The notes: a model not told the origin generated them from the sequence alone. Positions 1-11,195 are shown, numbered from the stretch's first letter. The stretch: DNA of 64,000 nt from Candidatus Binatia bacterium (GCA_038245295.1 JBBRSP010000004.1:64001-128000); one strand, 5' to 3'. A program made the numbers and translations.

Positions 1-4
1 CTTC

Positions 5-1018
5 ATGCTGCTGCAGCCCGGACAGCTCGAGTTCCGCGAGGTGCCACGACCAGTGGCCGGGCCCGGGGAAGTTGTCCTGCGGGTGCGCACGGCGCTGACG
101 TGCGGCACCGACATCAAGTTTTTCTTGCGCGGCCACCCGAAGTTCAAGTTGCCGACGCTGTTCGGTCACGAGTTCTCCGGCGAAATCGCCGCCGTGGGCA
201 GCGGCGTCAACGGCTTTCGTGAGGGCGACGCGGTGATGGTCGCCCCTACAGCGCCGTGCGGCCATTGCTTCTTTTGCCAGCGACAACAGGAGAACCTGTG
301 CGACACGATTATGGAGACGATGGTTCACGGGGCCTACGCTGACTTCGTGAGGCTACCCGAACGCATCGTTCGCCAGAACATGTTCCATAAGCCGGCGGGT
401 TTGGGGTTTGACGTAGCGGCGCTGTTGGAACCGTTGTCGTGTGTCATGCACGGGCTCGAGTTCGTCCCGTTGCGGCCGGACGACTCGGTGCTGTTGATCG
501 GTGCCGGAGCGATCAGCTTGCTGCATCTCCTGGCGCTGAAGGCGCTCGGTGTCGAACATGTCGCCGTGCTCGGTCGGTCGGCGGAGCGGGCACAGCATGC
601 ACGTGAACTGGGTGCCGCCGCGGTATTCAGCGGCGGGCATGCCGCCGCGACCGAAGACGTGCGCGCCTTTACCAACGGGCGTGGTGCCGACGTGGTGATC
701 GAGTGCACGGGACAAGTCGATGTCTGGGAAGCGGCACCGGGCTTCGCTCGCCGTGGCGGCACGGTGGTGTTGTTCGGCGGCTGCATTCCCGGAACCCATG
801 TCCGCCTCGACACGCAGCGATTTCACTACGACCAACTGCGCATCGTCAGCCCGTTCCACTTCACCCCACGCGCGGTACGCCGCTCATTCGAGTTGATCAC
901 CGGGGATCACTTCAAGGGCGCAGCCTTGATCTCCGGGCACTATCCTCTCGACCAGTTGACGGCAGCGCTCGACAAACATCGCAGCGGTGCCGGAATCAAA
1001 TTCGCGGTGGAGCCATGA
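5..1018 (+). CDS. Zinc-dependent MDR dehydrogenase (threonine/sorbitol dehydrogenase-like); true start may lie just upstream of the window
   Basis: TCGTD and GHE catalytic-Zn motifs, CxxCxxC-x7-C structural Zn, GAGAI Rossmann motif. Confidence 0.85.
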   Translation: MLLQPGQLEFREVPRPVAGPGEVVLRVRTALTCGTDIKFFLRGHPKFKLPTLFGHEFSGEIAAVGSGVNGFREGDAVMVAPTAPCGHCFFCQRQQENLCDTIMETMVHGAYADFVRLPERIVRQNMFHKPAGLGFDVAALLEPLSCVMHGLEFVPLRPDDSVLLIGAGAISLLHLLALKALGVEHVAVLGRSAERAQHARELGAAAVFSGGHAAATEDVRAFTNGRGADVVIECTGQVDVWEAAPGFARRGGTVVLFGGCIPGTHVRLDTQRFHYDQLRIVSPFHFTPRAVRRSFELITGDHFKGAALISGHYPLDQLTAALDKHRSGAGIKFAVEP

Positions 1019-2040
1019 AGGTCGCGCGCATCTACGATTTCCTCGATGTCCGCATCGAAGAAGAGGCAACCCCCAAACCGGGTCCACGCGAAGCATTGGT
1101 GCGGACACGTGCCTGCGGCGTCTGCTCCGGCGACGTCGTGCCCTGGTACATTCGCAAGAAGGCGCCGCTGGTATTCGGCCACGAGCCGGCCGGCGAAATC
1201 GTCGAGGTCGGCGCCGAGGTCACACACGTACGCCCCGGAGATCGGGTTTTCGCGCACCATCACGCCCCCTGCTTCCAATGCCGAGCCTGTGCGCGCGGGG
1301 AATACGTTCAATGCACGACGTGGCGGGCCTCGAAGATCATCCCGGGCGGCATGGCCGAGTATTTCCTCATTCCCGAGGTCAACTTATTCGGCGATACGCT
1401 GGTGTTGCCCGATTCGGTGAGCGACGAAGATGGCGCCCTGGTGGAGCCGACCGCGTGCGTCGTCAAATCGCTGCGCCGCGCCGGACGCATCGAGGGCAGC
1501 TCGGTATTCATCATCGGACTCGGCATCATGGGGCAGCTGCACGTGCTGCTGGCGCGCCATCTGGGCGCCAAACGAATCATCGCGACGGATCTCGTGGCAT
1601 CCCGCTGCGCGCACGCGCGGGGCCTGGGCGCCGACGATCTCATCGACGCATCGCAAAGCGATGTTGCCGAGGCGGTCTCAGAACTAACAAAGGGTGAAGG
1701 CGCCGAGATCGTCATCGCCGGCCCGGCCACCACCGATGCCATCACTCTAGCGATGAAGTGCGTGGCTCGCGGCGGCACCGTCGTGCAATTCATGGGTACG
1801 CCGCCAGGGCAACTCCTGTCCCTCGACACCAATGATTTCTACTTCCGCGAAGTGCGACTGGTGCCAAGCTACTCCTGCGGCCCCGAAGAGACTCGGGCCG
1901 CCTTGCGTTACATCGCCGACGGAGCGGTGCGCGCCAAACATGTCGTCACGCATCGGTTCAACTTGGACGAAGCCGCCACGGCCTACCGTACGGCGGCCGA
2001 AGACAAGAGCGCCATCAAGACGATGGTCGGGTTCGACTGA
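1015..2040 (+). CDS. Second zinc-dependent MDR dehydrogenase
   Basis: Starts MKVARIYDF at an ATGA overlap with the previous stop; CGVCSGD, GHE, CFQCRAC..C and GLGIMG motifs. Confidence 0.85.
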   Translation: MKVARIYDFLDVRIEEEATPKPGPREALVRTRACGVCSGDVVPWYIRKKAPLVFGHEPAGEIVEVGAEVTHVRPGDRVFAHHHAPCFQCRACARGEYVQCTTWRASKIIPGGMAEYFLIPEVNLFGDTLVLPDSVSDEDGALVEPTACVVKSLRRAGRIEGSSVFIIGLGIMGQLHVLLARHLGAKRIIATDLVASRCAHARGLGADDLIDASQSDVAEAVSELTKGEGAEIVIAGPATTDAITLAMKCVARGGTVVQFMGTPPGQLLSLDTNDFYFREVRLVPSYSCGPEETRAALRYIADGAVRAKHVVTHRFNLDEAATAYRTAAEDKSAIKTMVGFD

Positions 2041-2066
2041 CCCGTCGCCCCTCCGACCGTGAATGC

Positions 2067-2102
2067 AAAACGGGGCGACTCCTTGCGGAGCCGCCCCGTT
2101 TT
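2067..2102. terminator. Bidirectional intrinsic terminator
   Basis: AAAACGGGGCGACTCC-TTGC-GGAGCCGCCCCGTTTT between convergent genes; GCAA tetraloop and better pairing on the minus strand. Confidence 0.85.
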
Positions 2103-2125
2103 ATCGTTGCTCTGAGAACTCAGAA

Positions 2126-2377
2126 CTACTTGTGCATCTTCTTGGCGAAGATTGCTTCGCACTTCTGAGCCGCAGCATCAGCGCGCTGAGCCGCATCCGC
2201 AGCAGCCTTCGCGGCCTGCTCGGCCTTGCTCGCAGCCGCCTCAGCCTTGCTGGCCGCAGCGTCGATGCGCGCCATATCAGCGGCGTTCGCCTTCTGCTCG
2301 CAACCAGAGGTCAGTGCAGCCACAGCCACCAGACTGAAAGCAGCAACAGCAGCCTTTGTGTTTTTCCCGAATCGCAT
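2126..2377 (-). CDS. Alanine-zipper (Lpp/OprI-like) outer-membrane lipoprotein
   Basis: SD GGAGGAGG before ATG 2377, lipobox LTSGC, Ala heptad coiled coil, C-terminal KKMHK. Confidence 0.8.
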   Translation of the reverse strand: MRFGKNTKAAVAAFSLVAVAALTSGCEQKANAADMARIDAAASKAEAAASKAEQAAKAAADAAQRADAAAQKCEAIFAKKMHK

Positions 2378-2472
2378 AGTTTTCACCTCCTCCTATCAGG
2401 GTTGCAAAACCGAACCGGGAAACCCGGCGTTACGGCTCGTGGCAGTCACCACGGACCGGCTCTCGGTCGTAC

Positions 2473-2709
2473 TTACTTTCTACCCGGCTTGTAACCGGCA
2501 GCAGCCTTGTCGGCCGCCGCGGAAGCCTTGGCCGCGGCGTCAGCAGCACTGCGCGCCGCGGCTTCCGCCTTGGTCGCCGCCGCATCGGCACGCCCAGCCG
2601 CAGCCTCGATCCTCGAAATCTGTTCGGGGCTGATCAACGGCTTGCTCGCGCAAGCGGCGAGTCCCGTGGCGAGAGCGAAGCCTGCCACTGCGATCTGAAT
2701 CTTCCTCAT
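2473..2709 (-). CDS. Alanine-zipper (Lpp/OprI-like) lipoprotein, paralog
   Basis: SD AAGGAG, lipobox LAAC, Ala-rich coiled coil, C-terminal GRK. Confidence 0.8.
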   Translation of the reverse strand: MRKIQIAVAGFALATGLAACASKPLISPEQISRIEAAAGRADAAATKAEAAARSAADAAAKASAAADKAAAGYKPGRK

Positions 2710-2833
2710 CTGTTATCTCCTTCCCCCCACGTGGCGCTCTTGCCTACGGGATTGCGGGGTTGATTGCACAAAAAGTTGTTCATCGCAAGGCAGGCATTAG
2801 TCGGCTGCGCCGAAATTTCGTCCGCGCACCGAC

Positions 2834-3748
2834 TCAGAAATGGACGATAACTGTTCCCGATGGCGGCTGGCCAGGCGGCGCGACTTGATAGACACGCAAC
2901 GGTTGGGTGTTGGTGTAAACGTCGAGCGACAGGTGATCGGCCAAGGGCTGGTCTGGAGGTGCGGCACCCAAATCGCCACTGGCTGGTCCGCGCTCACCGT
3001 CAGCGGGAGCACCGGGAACGTCATTGGCATTGATCAGGCGGCCGGACAGAACAGGATGGAGGACGTTGAGACCGTCACGCTTGCCGGTTCCGACGAGGGT
3101 CACGCCGTCGTAATAGACGTGTGCCGCCTCGTCCGTCAGCCTAGTCGGTGCCGAAGGTAGGCCGCCTTTTTTGACACGCGTCAGCATCTGCGGACCGACG
3201 CGCACGGCGCCGCCGCCCATCACCGAGGTCTTGCCGACAACCTGCACTTCTTCCGAAATGCCGAAAATTTCGGTGACATCCTCGGCTGGGTTGAAGGACG
3301 CGATAAACTCCGTGCCGCGAACGCCGGCAACCGCGGTCGGCGTTTCGATCTCGTAGCGCGCCCGCGATTCGCGGTAGACGCTGCTCACCGAGGCTCGCAG
3401 CTTTCCGTAAAAGAGCCGCAGGGAGGATTGCACCTTATTTGCGGCCGTATCGAAGATCTGGTCGTCGAGAACAAATTCCGTACCCGGGGCGACATCGAGG
3501 GTAGAGTCATCGCGAAAGACGACTCTGGCACGATCCGTTGCGCCCGTGCGAATGCGATCTCCGACCCGCATTCCGAGGCCGATTGTCGCTTCCTGCCAAG
3601 CACCACGACGCTGCAGTTGAGCCTTCCCCTGGACAGCGACAATGGTCCCGGCATCCGGTTCGGCAGCCTCAGCGAGGCGACCCAGCCCGAGCAGCAGGAA
3701 GGAACCAAGCAACATCCACACTCGTTTTGATCCGGCTTTCATCGGCAT
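2834..3748 (-). CDS. FecR-domain exported protein
   Basis: Signal/TM segment, then GDRIRTG..FRDDS..L and IETPTAVAGVRGTEF, typical FecR motifs. Confidence 0.85.
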   Translation of the reverse strand: MPMKAGSKRVWMLLGSFLLLGLGRLAEAAEPDAGTIVAVQGKAQLQRRGAWQEATIGLGMRVGDRIRTGATDRARVVFRDDSTLDVAPGTEFVLDDQIFDTAANKVQSSLRLFYGKLRASVSSVYRESRARYEIETPTAVAGVRGTEFIASFNPAEDVTEIFGISEEVQVVGKTSVMGGGAVRVGPQMLTRVKKGGLPSAPTRLTDEAAHVYYDGVTLVGTGKRDGLNVLHPVLSGRLINANDVPGAPADGERGPASGDLGAAPPDQPLADHLSLDVYTNTQPLRVYQVAPPGQPPSGTVIVHF

Positions 3749-3753
3749 CTCCG

Positions 3754-5322
3754 CTAGTACGCCAGCTGCAATCCTGCCGCAACGATGTGGCGATCGTACT
3801 CGAAGTCTTGCAGGTTCGATCCGTTGAAGATTCCGATGTAGCTCAGTGTCGTGCTCAGGTAGTCCGTAACCGGATGCGCAATCGACAAGGCAACGCGTTG
3901 TCCGTCATCCGTGCGTTTGGCAAAGACGCCGCGATTCGGGTTGTCGTAGTTATCGCGCTTGTAGGTGTAGCCTGCCTGCAGCACGCCCCAGTCGTAAATC
4001 GGCATCGCAAACTGCACGTCGATCTGGTTTCCCTTGTACTGGAAATCCCGCCCCATCGGCCCGTTCGAAATCGTATCTTCGATGTCGTATTGGTATCCAA
4101 TCGACAGCCGGCGATCCGGGGCACCCAGGGCGAAGTACTGCTTGAAACCAAAGGCGTGATTGATCGCGTCACGACCAGGATTGTACGGAGCGTCCAGAAA
4201 ATCACGACCGCGAATCGTGTAGTAGGCTTGCGTCGCCGTCCAGTCGTTCTCCGCGACGGTAATCCACGGCGTGCCAAGCGCTTCCTGATAGAAGGACGAG
4301 AAGTCGAGGAGGAAATAATTGTAGTTGCCGACCACACCGTAGGTAAGAAAGCCGGGGCGCGATTGGAAGCTGGCGCGCAGGGAATGCCCCTGCAAGTCGA
4401 AGTCACTCTCTGAGAAATGCACGCTCTGATAGAAGTCGTAGGAAACATCCAGGAGCCAATCCGGGGAATCGAGCACGTCGAAGGTGCCGCCGAAGCGGAA
4501 CACGGCTCGTCCATCAGACTTCCCACTATCCTTCAGTCGGACTGTCGAATCGTTCGGCGAAGCGGAGACGTTGCTGTCGTACTCGAATCCAACCCCGGCA
4601 CGCAGGTGCCACGGCCCGGTCGACTCGGGCATCGTTGCCTGGCTACTTACCGACTCGCCCCCCAGATAACGCTGGGACGCCGAACCGATTTCGGACTGCG
4701 GTAACTCCTTCGCGGTTTGCTCGAGCTCGGTGCGTGCCGCGCTCTGCTTGCCTTGTCTCGTCAACGCCAATCCGGCGTAGTAATGGGCAGCGGCGCGCAA
4801 CTCCGGATCGTTCTCGGCCTCCTTGAATGACCGCACAGCGGCATCCAGCTCGCCCAGGCGCAACTGGCAGAGTCCCAGGAAAAACGCCGCACTGGTGCGC
4901 TCATTGCCCTGCTTGTAGGCGCGTTCCAATGCATCCTTCGCTTCGACTGTGTTGCCGGCACTGAATTGGGCGACGCCCAAATCCAGGTAGGCATGCGGCA
5001 GGTTCTCATCGATGGTCAACGCTTGCCGCACGTCCGCAACGGCGGCATCAACTTCGCCACGCCGAGCGCGCGTCAAACCGCGGTAATAGATCGCCAGGGC
5101 ATCACGCGAATCGGCCTGCACCGCGTCGTTGAAGAATTGCAGAGCTTGATCCCATTGCCCGGCATTGAACGGAACCAGGCCGCGTGAGTAGAGCGCCTGC
5201 GATCGCGGACTTGCCTGCGCGGTGGTGTGCCAGAACACTCCGCCACCGAGCGCGACGACAGCGCACAACAACCATTTCCCCACATCCGACCTCACACTCA
5301 TCTCCGTTGCGGCATGCCTCAT
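3754..5322 (-). CDS. TPR-repeat protein with C-terminal outer-membrane beta-barrel (Slam/DUF560-like)
   Basis: Signal peptide, several TPRs, G-FEYDSNV barrel start, amphipathic strands, terminal aromatic residue (GLQLAY); ATGA overlap with the upstream gene. Confidence 0.75.
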   Translation of the reverse strand: MRHAATEMSVRSDVGKWLLCAVVALGGGVFWHTTAQASPRSQALYSRGLVPFNAGQWDQALQFFNDAVQADSRDALAIYYRGLTRARRGEVDAAVADVRQALTIDENLPHAYLDLGVAQFSAGNTVEAKDALERAYKQGNERTSAAFFLGLCQLRLGELDAAVRSFKEAENDPELRAAAHYYAGLALTRQGKQSAARTELEQTAKELPQSEIGSASQRYLGGESVSSQATMPESTGPWHLRAGVGFEYDSNVSASPNDSTVRLKDSGKSDGRAVFRFGGTFDVLDSPDWLLDVSYDFYQSVHFSESDFDLQGHSLRASFQSRPGFLTYGVVGNYNYFLLDFSSFYQEALGTPWITVAENDWTATQAYYTIRGRDFLDAPYNPGRDAINHAFGFKQYFALGAPDRRLSIGYQYDIEDTISNGPMGRDFQYKGNQIDVQFAMPIYDWGVLQAGYTYKRDNYDNPNRGVFAKRTDDGQRVALSIAHPVTDYLSTTLSYIGIFNGSNLQDFEYDRHIVAAGLQLAY

Positions 5323-8279
5323 GGCAACCCACCAGCGGCCGCCGGCACGATGAACTGTCCGAAGGCTACGGGCGAACTCTGCACGGTAATCGCAGCCACA
5401 ACCGTGTTGGTCGCGGCGCTAACCACCGAGACGGTACCGGCGTTCGTATTGGCAACATAGACCAGGGTACCCTCGGGATTCACGGAAACACCGAAAGGAC
5501 CCGCGCCAACGATGACCGACGAGACAGCATGGCTCTGCGTGTTGATGATCGACAGCGAGTTACCGTTGGCGTTGGCAACGTAGACGCGTGATCCGTCGGG
5601 ACTCACGGCAATGCCAAAAGGCCGCGCCCCGACAGTATAGGTCCGCAAGACGGTAGCCGTCGGAACGTCGATCTCGCTCACCGTGTTCAGCCCCAGATTG
5701 CTGACGTACAACCGCGATCCGTTACGACTGACCGCGACGCCAAACGGGCGACTACCGGCCGTCAGATTGATCGTCGCGGTTACCTCGGGTGTGTCGGCGT
5801 TGATGATGCTCACCGTATCGCTCAACTGGTTGGCGACGAAGACTTCCGAATCGATTGGTGAGGCCGCAATGCCGGTCGGCGTCGATCCCACCAGAATGTT
5901 GGTCAGTGTGTGGCTCGCTACGTCGACCATCGTGACCGACGCGTTGAGCTGATTCGTAACAAAGACCCTGCTGCCGGCCGGATTGGCAGCGATGCCGAGC
6001 GGCCGGTTCGTCAGCGCAATCGTATCGACTACGACATTGGCCGTCGCGTCGATGACCGAGATATCGCGCGTAAACTGGTTGGCAACGAAGACTCGCATGC
6101 CATCATCGGTAACCGCCACGCCACCGGGCGCCGACCCGACGCTGATGGTTCCGACAACCGTGTTCGTCGTCGTGTTGATCACGGAGACAGAATTGCTTCC
6201 GGAGTTGCTGATGTAAGCCTTCGGGATCACGGTCGCCGTGGCGGTAGCCGTCGCCGTCGAGGTGACGGTCGGCGTCGGCGTCGCCGTCGACGTTGCCGTC
6301 TCGGTTGGCGTCGGCGTTTGGGTAGCCGTTTCGGTCGGCGTCGGTGTTGGAGTTTCGGTCGCCGTCTCCGTGGGGGTGTTGGTCGGCGTCGGGGTCGGAG
6401 TTTCCGTCGCTGTATCCGTCGGTGTCGCCGTCTCGGTCGGTGTCGAAGTCGGCGTATCCGTCGGTGTCGCCGTGTCCGTCGGCGTCGGCGTCAGGGTGGG
6501 CGTATCCGTCGGCGTCGGCGTCGCCGTGTCGGTTGGCGTCTCGGTTGGCGTCTCGGTTGCGGTCGCCGTCGGTGTATCGGTTGGTGCCGGCGTCGATGTG
6601 GACGTGGCCGTCGGCGTCGCCGTTTCCGTCGCCGTCGCTGTCGCCGTGTCGATCGGGGTCGGCGTTGGCGTAGGCGTTTCAGTCGGCGTATTGGTCACCG
6701 TCGGTGTCTCGGTGGGCGTATCCGTCGACGTTGGCGTCGGCGTAGTCGTCGGCGTATCCGTCTCGGTTGGTGTCGCCGTCACGGTTGGCGTGTCGGTTGG
6801 GGTGTCGGTCGCCGTCGGCGTGGCCGTAATCGTCGGCGTGTCTGTCTCGGTCGGCGTCGCGGTGATCGTCGGGGTGTGGGTTGGCGTTGCGGTGTCGGTC
6901 GGCGTCGCCGTCTGCGTTGGCGTACCCGTGTCGGTCGGCGTCTCACTCGGTGTCGCCGTCGCTGTATCGGTCGGCGTCTGGGTTGGCGTGTTTGTCGCCG
7001 TGTCGGTCGGCGTCGCTGTCTCGGTCGGTGTGCCAGTCGCCGTCGGCGTTGACGTCGGTGTATCGGTTGGGGTGTCGGTAACCGTCGACGTCGACGTTGG
7101 CGTCGCTGTCTCGGTGGGCGTATCCGTCGCCGTCGCCGTTGCCGTGGCGGTCGCGGTCGGCGTCGGGGTGCTGGTCGGAGTGTCGCTCGGTGTCGCCGTA
7201 ACCGTATCCGTCGCTGTCGCTGTGGGCGTCGACGTTGTTGTCGGTGTAGAACTCGGCGTGTCGGTAGCCGTATTCGTCGGCGTCGAGGTCGGCGTGACGC
7301 TTGGCGTATGGGTGAACGTCGCCGTGTTGGTCGACGTCGCTGTCGGCGTCTGGGTAATCGTCGGCGTTACCGTCGGTGTCGACGTACGGGTCGACGTTGC
7401 AGTGTCGGTCGGCGTCGCCGTGCGCGTCGGCGTGTTGGTGCGCGTCGGGGTTTCCGTAGGCGTCGGCGTCGCCGCCGTTTCGTTCGTCGCAAAGGAGTAT
7501 TGAAAGCCGAACGAACGCACCGGGGTGCTGGAGTCAGCAGCCTGGATTACGACCGGAATCGTCGTCAAAGCCGGAAAGGGCTCGAGTGGCTGGTACGAGA
7601 AACGGAAACCAGCCAGGTTCCCAGAACGATCTTCGGTGCACGCAACACTCGCCGTATTTGCGTCGGCACACTCCATCAGGACCACGCTCGGATCCATCTC
7701 GGCGCCGTTAACGACCACCACGTTGTTGACCATCACCCGCAAGGATTCGAGTGAGATCGTGCCGACACCGGTCGCCACGAGGAAGTTGATTGTTCCGGAT
7801 CGGAAGAAGTTCAGCGTGCCTGGCGCGGGGTCGAACGCCGTTGCAAACGGTTGTGCCTCGACAACGATCTGTACATTGCTGACCTGTCCGGGAGTCACTG
7901 TCACCGGATCAACCAAGCCACGGTACGCCGGCCGAAGAGCAAACTGGTCGATGGCCTGCCGGTTGGCAAACGCCACGTCATAACCGGCTACTTCCACGGT
8001 GGTGGTACCCTGGGGCACGGCGTCGAACGGGACCTCGCGTGTCACCGAGGGGTCCACATATCGAATGGTTGATCCGACGCGCACCTTTACAGTGCGCACG
8101 CTGGGCGGGACTTCTGACGTCCCCTGGGAGCTCGAGCTCTCCCACAAGGCACGGATGGCTACACCCCCACTTCGGGGGGAAGACGCACCACCGCCGCCGC
8201 AACCAGCGATCAGAATAGAAGCGAAAAGAAGACTCGTAATCCCGCGATGAACCGTCCAGGTAAGCTTCGGCAGCCGCAA
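5319..8279 (-). CDS. Large surface lipoprotein: N-terminal beta domains, ~400-aa Thr/Pro stalk, C-terminal YVTN/YncE beta-propeller
   Basis: AGGAGG before GTG/TTG at 8282/8279; lipobox IAGC; seven 'YVAN..SNSVSVI' type blades. Confidence 0.8.
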   Translation of the reverse strand: MRLPKLTWTVHRGITSLLFASILIAGCGGGGASSPRSGGVAIRALWESSSSQGTSEVPPSVRTVKVRVGSTIRYVDPSVTREVPFDAVPQGTTTVEVAGYDVAFANRQAIDQFALRPAYRGLVDPVTVTPGQVSNVQIVVEAQPFATAFDPAPGTLNFFRSGTINFLVATGVGTISLESLRVMVNNVVVVNGAEMDPSVVLMECADANTASVACTEDRSGNLAGFRFSYQPLEPFPALTTIPVVIQAADSSTPVRSFGFQYSFATNETAATPTPTETPTRTNTPTRTATPTDTATSTRTSTPTVTPTITQTPTATSTNTATFTHTPSVTPTSTPTNTATDTPSSTPTTTSTPTATATDTVTATPSDTPTSTPTPTATATATATATDTPTETATPTSTSTVTDTPTDTPTSTPTATGTPTETATPTDTATNTPTQTPTDTATATPSETPTDTGTPTQTATPTDTATPTHTPTITATPTETDTPTITATPTATDTPTDTPTVTATPTETDTPTTTPTPTSTDTPTETPTVTNTPTETPTPTPTPIDTATATATETATPTATSTSTPAPTDTPTATATETPTETPTDTATPTPTDTPTLTPTPTDTATPTDTPTSTPTETATPTDTATETPTPTPTNTPTETATETPTPTPTETATQTPTPTETATSTATPTPTVTSTATATATATVIPKAYISNSGSNSVSVINTTTNTVVGTISVGSAPGGVAVTDDGMRVFVANQFTRDISVIDATANVVVDTIALTNRPLGIAANPAGSRVFVTNQLNASVTMVDVASHTLTNILVGSTPTGIAASPIDSEVFVANQLSDTVSIINADTPEVTATINLTAGSRPFGVAVSRNGSRLYVSNLGLNTVSEIDVPTATVLRTYTVGARPFGIAVSPDGSRVYVANANGNSLSIINTQSHAVSSVIVGAGPFGVSVNPEGTLVYVANTNAGTVSVVSAATNTVVAAITVQSSPVAFGQFIVPAAAGGLP
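6230..7480 (-). repeat. Low-complexity Thr-Pro/Thr-Ala-Thr coding repeat (mucin-like stalk)
   Basis: Degenerate 6-nt periodicity encoding TPT/TAT/TET/TDT. Confidence 0.9.
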
Positions 8280-8366
8280 CACAACCTCCTCACGGCCTAA
8301 CTCGCAACACGTGGGCAATACACCACCGGTCTTTCGCAGGTCAAGCAAACTTCTAGGCTGGCACCT

Positions 8367-11051
8367 CTATTGTCGCGTCGCGGCCGGATCAGCCACGATC
8401 TTAAAACTGCCTCGATCGGTGGCATTGGCACCCGAAATTTTGACGATCAGGCCGAGGTTGGGGGGAATCGCAAGCAGAGATGGCCCGTCATCGGCAAAGG
8501 AAAAGTCGGTGCTCACTGGCCCAAACCGATCGATCACAGTTGAGTTCAGCGGAAAGCCGGCCGACAGGGTTCCGCTGAGGCCATCATTGAAGAGCACCAA
8601 CGGCGCCGTGCCGCGCAAGAAGAAGCGCTCGGCAACATGATCGTCGGCCCCACGGCACGAACCGTCGGACAGGACACCTGTCGCGGTCTCGCCAAGCCCA
8701 AGCATCGACATCGGGCAATTACTGGCCGGGAACGAATACGGTCCGCGGGTACCTGTCTGCGCCCCGGCGACAATCACTCCGTAACGACCACTCGACGTCA
8801 GCGGCACATCCAGGGCATCAGGCGTGCAACTTTGTTGGTCCGGCAATTGTGGCCCTTCAGCGGTTAGTCCGAGTGTGCAAGTGTTCGCCGGTGGCAGGAG
8901 ATTTAGAAGTTGGGCCCCGCTGCCCGGTCCGGCAATTCCGTAGATATCCGCACGCCGACCATTTCCCAGATCGCAGTCGGCATCCTGAAGGTTTCCTGAC
9001 ACGGTGCCCGGGACCAGCGTCGTCACGGGACAACTGCGTGCTGCTAGAGTGTAGGCCGGTGCCTTCGTCAGATCGATCGACCCTGCATCGACCAACGACG
9101 ATGCCTCGACGAAGTAGCTACCTGTTGTCGGCAGAATACGACTGACACGCGCCGCGGTCGTCGGCGCCGCGAATGGGTCCTGGTCATTTTCGACGGCCCG
9201 ACCGTCCGGACCAATGAGCCGTAAGTACGGATCGAGCATGTTGTCGCTTGTCGTCATCGTCACAGTCACGAACTGCCCGGCCGTACCGGTCAACTCATAA
9301 CTATGGAAGGGAATCCCACCGAAACCCTGGCATTCGCCGACGGCGAAGATGTGTGGGTTTGACGATCCATTGGGCTGCAATGCGCCGGTCACGGGACACT
9401 TCTGCACGAACAGGGTGTAGGCGAAGGCATCACCCGGATCGGGTTCGGTCGGATCCGTGCTGGGCTTCAGCAGTGCGGAGTTGACTGTGGCAACGATGGT
9501 GTACTTCCCCGCCCGCACCAACGTTGCCGCGAGTTGCGCATCCGGGCCGGCGCCATTTGGACCACCGTCATCATCCTCCACGACAATCGGATTACCCGCC
9601 GACTCAGGACCGAGGAGAAACAGATGCGCATCATCGGCAGGCACGCTGAGCTCGACACTGATGACGTCGCCGGCCTGCGCCGTAAACGTGTACAGATCGG
9701 CGGTTCCATCCGGCTCCGGCAAGTCGTCCGGCGCGCCCGGTTGCGGCAGCGGCGCGCCGCATGGACTCTTGGCGCGATCGCCGTAGAGCGTCCCCGGGCA
9801 GCCCGGCCCGTTGCCGCAAACCACCGGTCGATCGGTGGGAATGTTGGTGAGGTTGCGCTTGGGAAAACAGAGAGGCGTATTGGCAATGAGGCGGTACGGA
9901 CCCATGCCGCCCTGCGCCACAATCGTATAGATGCCGGGGCGTAGGGCGAGAAAACGGCCGCCGGCGTCGGACTCGTACCGTCCACCGACCGCATCATCGA
10001 GCGCGTCGGGACTGAGAATCTCAAAGCCATCCGGCCCGATGATCGAGAAGCTCGGGTCGGGTCCATCCTCGAGCAGTTGTTGCATCTCGATGTAGATGTT
10101 CTGCGGCACGTCGGTGATCGTGAAGGTGTAGAGATCGACCGGATTGGGCGCGTTCACCTGCACCGGATTCGCCGTATCCGGGCAATCCGTGGCATCCAAC
10201 TGCCCCTGGACGGCGACGACTCCGGCAACCGGGTTGATTACCCGTGGTGTCGGGCACGGGCGCGCCGTCAGCGTCAACTGGTAGGTTCCGAACGGCTGCG
10301 TCGAAAGTGGTTTGGTAGTGACGTAGATCGTGTAGGGTTTGGTCGATGCAACGACGAACTCCGCCGGCGGCGCCAGGTCGACACGATCAAACTGTCCGTT
10401 CTGTTCGACCAGTGTAATGAACGGGTCGACCATCGGCGGCGCTCCGGTGGGCGTGACGTCGAGGCGCACGGCTTGGCCGGGTGTGCCGACGAACTGGTAA
10501 ACGTCGGTGTAGCGCGGTGCGTTCTGGAAGAGGCGCTGACAATCGCTCGCTGCGAGCTCGGCATTCGTCGTCCCGATCGACACGTTGCGCACAGCACACA
10601 CGATGGTCGGGGTTGCCGTCGGACTCGGCGGTATGGTCGCGGTGATCGTCGGCGACCGCGTGATCGTGCGCGTCGCCGTAGCCGTCGATGTTGCGGGCGG
10701 CGGCGTTGCGATCGCCGAGGCCGTCCGAGATGGGGTCGCAGTTGGGGTTGGGGTGAGCGTGGCGCTGCGACTGGCGGTCACCGTCGGCGTGCGACAGTTT
10801 GCGCCGAGCAAGGTAACGATACGACTCACGTCGGCGACGCTGACGACCGCATCGGCGTTGGCATCGGCGTTCGGGTTGGTGACATGCCCGGGGGCGCTGA
10901 CAAAAAGCTCGGCGGTCGCGAGCTGCAGGTCGAGCCGTGTGATGAAACGATCGCCGGTCAGGTCACCGGGGCATGTCTGCGCCGACACCGCGGTCGCGGC
11001 GCATAGGACAAGCGACAGCAGAACGTACAATCGAAAGTTCAATCCAATCAT
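8367..11051 (-). CDS. Secreted protein with dockerin/EF-hand-like N-terminus, TP linker and multiple PPC-like beta-sandwich domains
   Basis: Signal peptide ..AVSA|Q; CPGDLTGD..DANADAVVSVADV; repeated 'D.Y.F...G..V.....DP.L.L.GPDG' units. Confidence 0.7.
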   Translation of the reverse strand: MIGLNFRLYVLLSLVLCAATAVSAQTCPGDLTGDRFITRLDLQLATAELFVSAPGHVTNPNADANADAVVSVADVSRIVTLLGANCRTPTVTASRSATLTPTPTATPSRTASAIATPPPATSTATATRTITRSPTITATIPPSPTATPTIVCAVRNVSIGTTNAELAASDCQRLFQNAPRYTDVYQFVGTPGQAVRLDVTPTGAPPMVDPFITLVEQNGQFDRVDLAPPAEFVVASTKPYTIYVTTKPLSTQPFGTYQLTLTARPCPTPRVINPVAGVVAVQGQLDATDCPDTANPVQVNAPNPVDLYTFTITDVPQNIYIEMQQLLEDGPDPSFSIIGPDGFEILSPDALDDAVGGRYESDAGGRFLALRPGIYTIVAQGGMGPYRLIANTPLCFPKRNLTNIPTDRPVVCGNGPGCPGTLYGDRAKSPCGAPLPQPGAPDDLPEPDGTADLYTFTAQAGDVISVELSVPADDAHLFLLGPESAGNPIVVEDDDGGPNGAGPDAQLAATLVRAGKYTIVATVNSALLKPSTDPTEPDPGDAFAYTLFVQKCPVTGALQPNGSSNPHIFAVGECQGFGGIPFHSYELTGTAGQFVTVTMTTSDNMLDPYLRLIGPDGRAVENDQDPFAAPTTAARVSRILPTTGSYFVEASSLVDAGSIDLTKAPAYTLAARSCPVTTLVPGTVSGNLQDADCDLGNGRRADIYGIAGPGSGAQLLNLLPPANTCTLGLTAEGPQLPDQQSCTPDALDVPLTSSGRYGVIVAGAQTGTRGPYSFPASNCPMSMLGLGETATGVLSDGSCRGADDHVAERFFLRGTAPLVLFNDGLSGTLSAGFPLNSTVIDRFGPVSTDFSFADDGPSLLAIPPNLGLIVKISGANATDRGSFKIVADPAATRQ

Positions 11052-11195
11052 CTCCACACAACAGCCGCCTTGTGTACGTATTGGTGTGGCGGAAGGCAAC
11101 CGCGAAAGCATCCGGGTTGTTCGTCATAACCGTGGCTTTTTCCGAGCATTGTGTTGCCCGGGACGTTGCCGCGGCAAGCGCCGTCGATATACTGA

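Noticed and set aside
703..1014. N-terminal extension of the 445-aa ORF
   Set aside because: Overlaps the first dehydrogenase out of frame; homology starts at the coupled ATG 1015
5910..7503. Long plus-strand Val/Gly- and Arg-rich ORFs (also 26962-27420, 41438-42184, 54710-55198)
   Set aside because: Shadow frames of Thr/Pro-repeat coding sequence on the opposite strand
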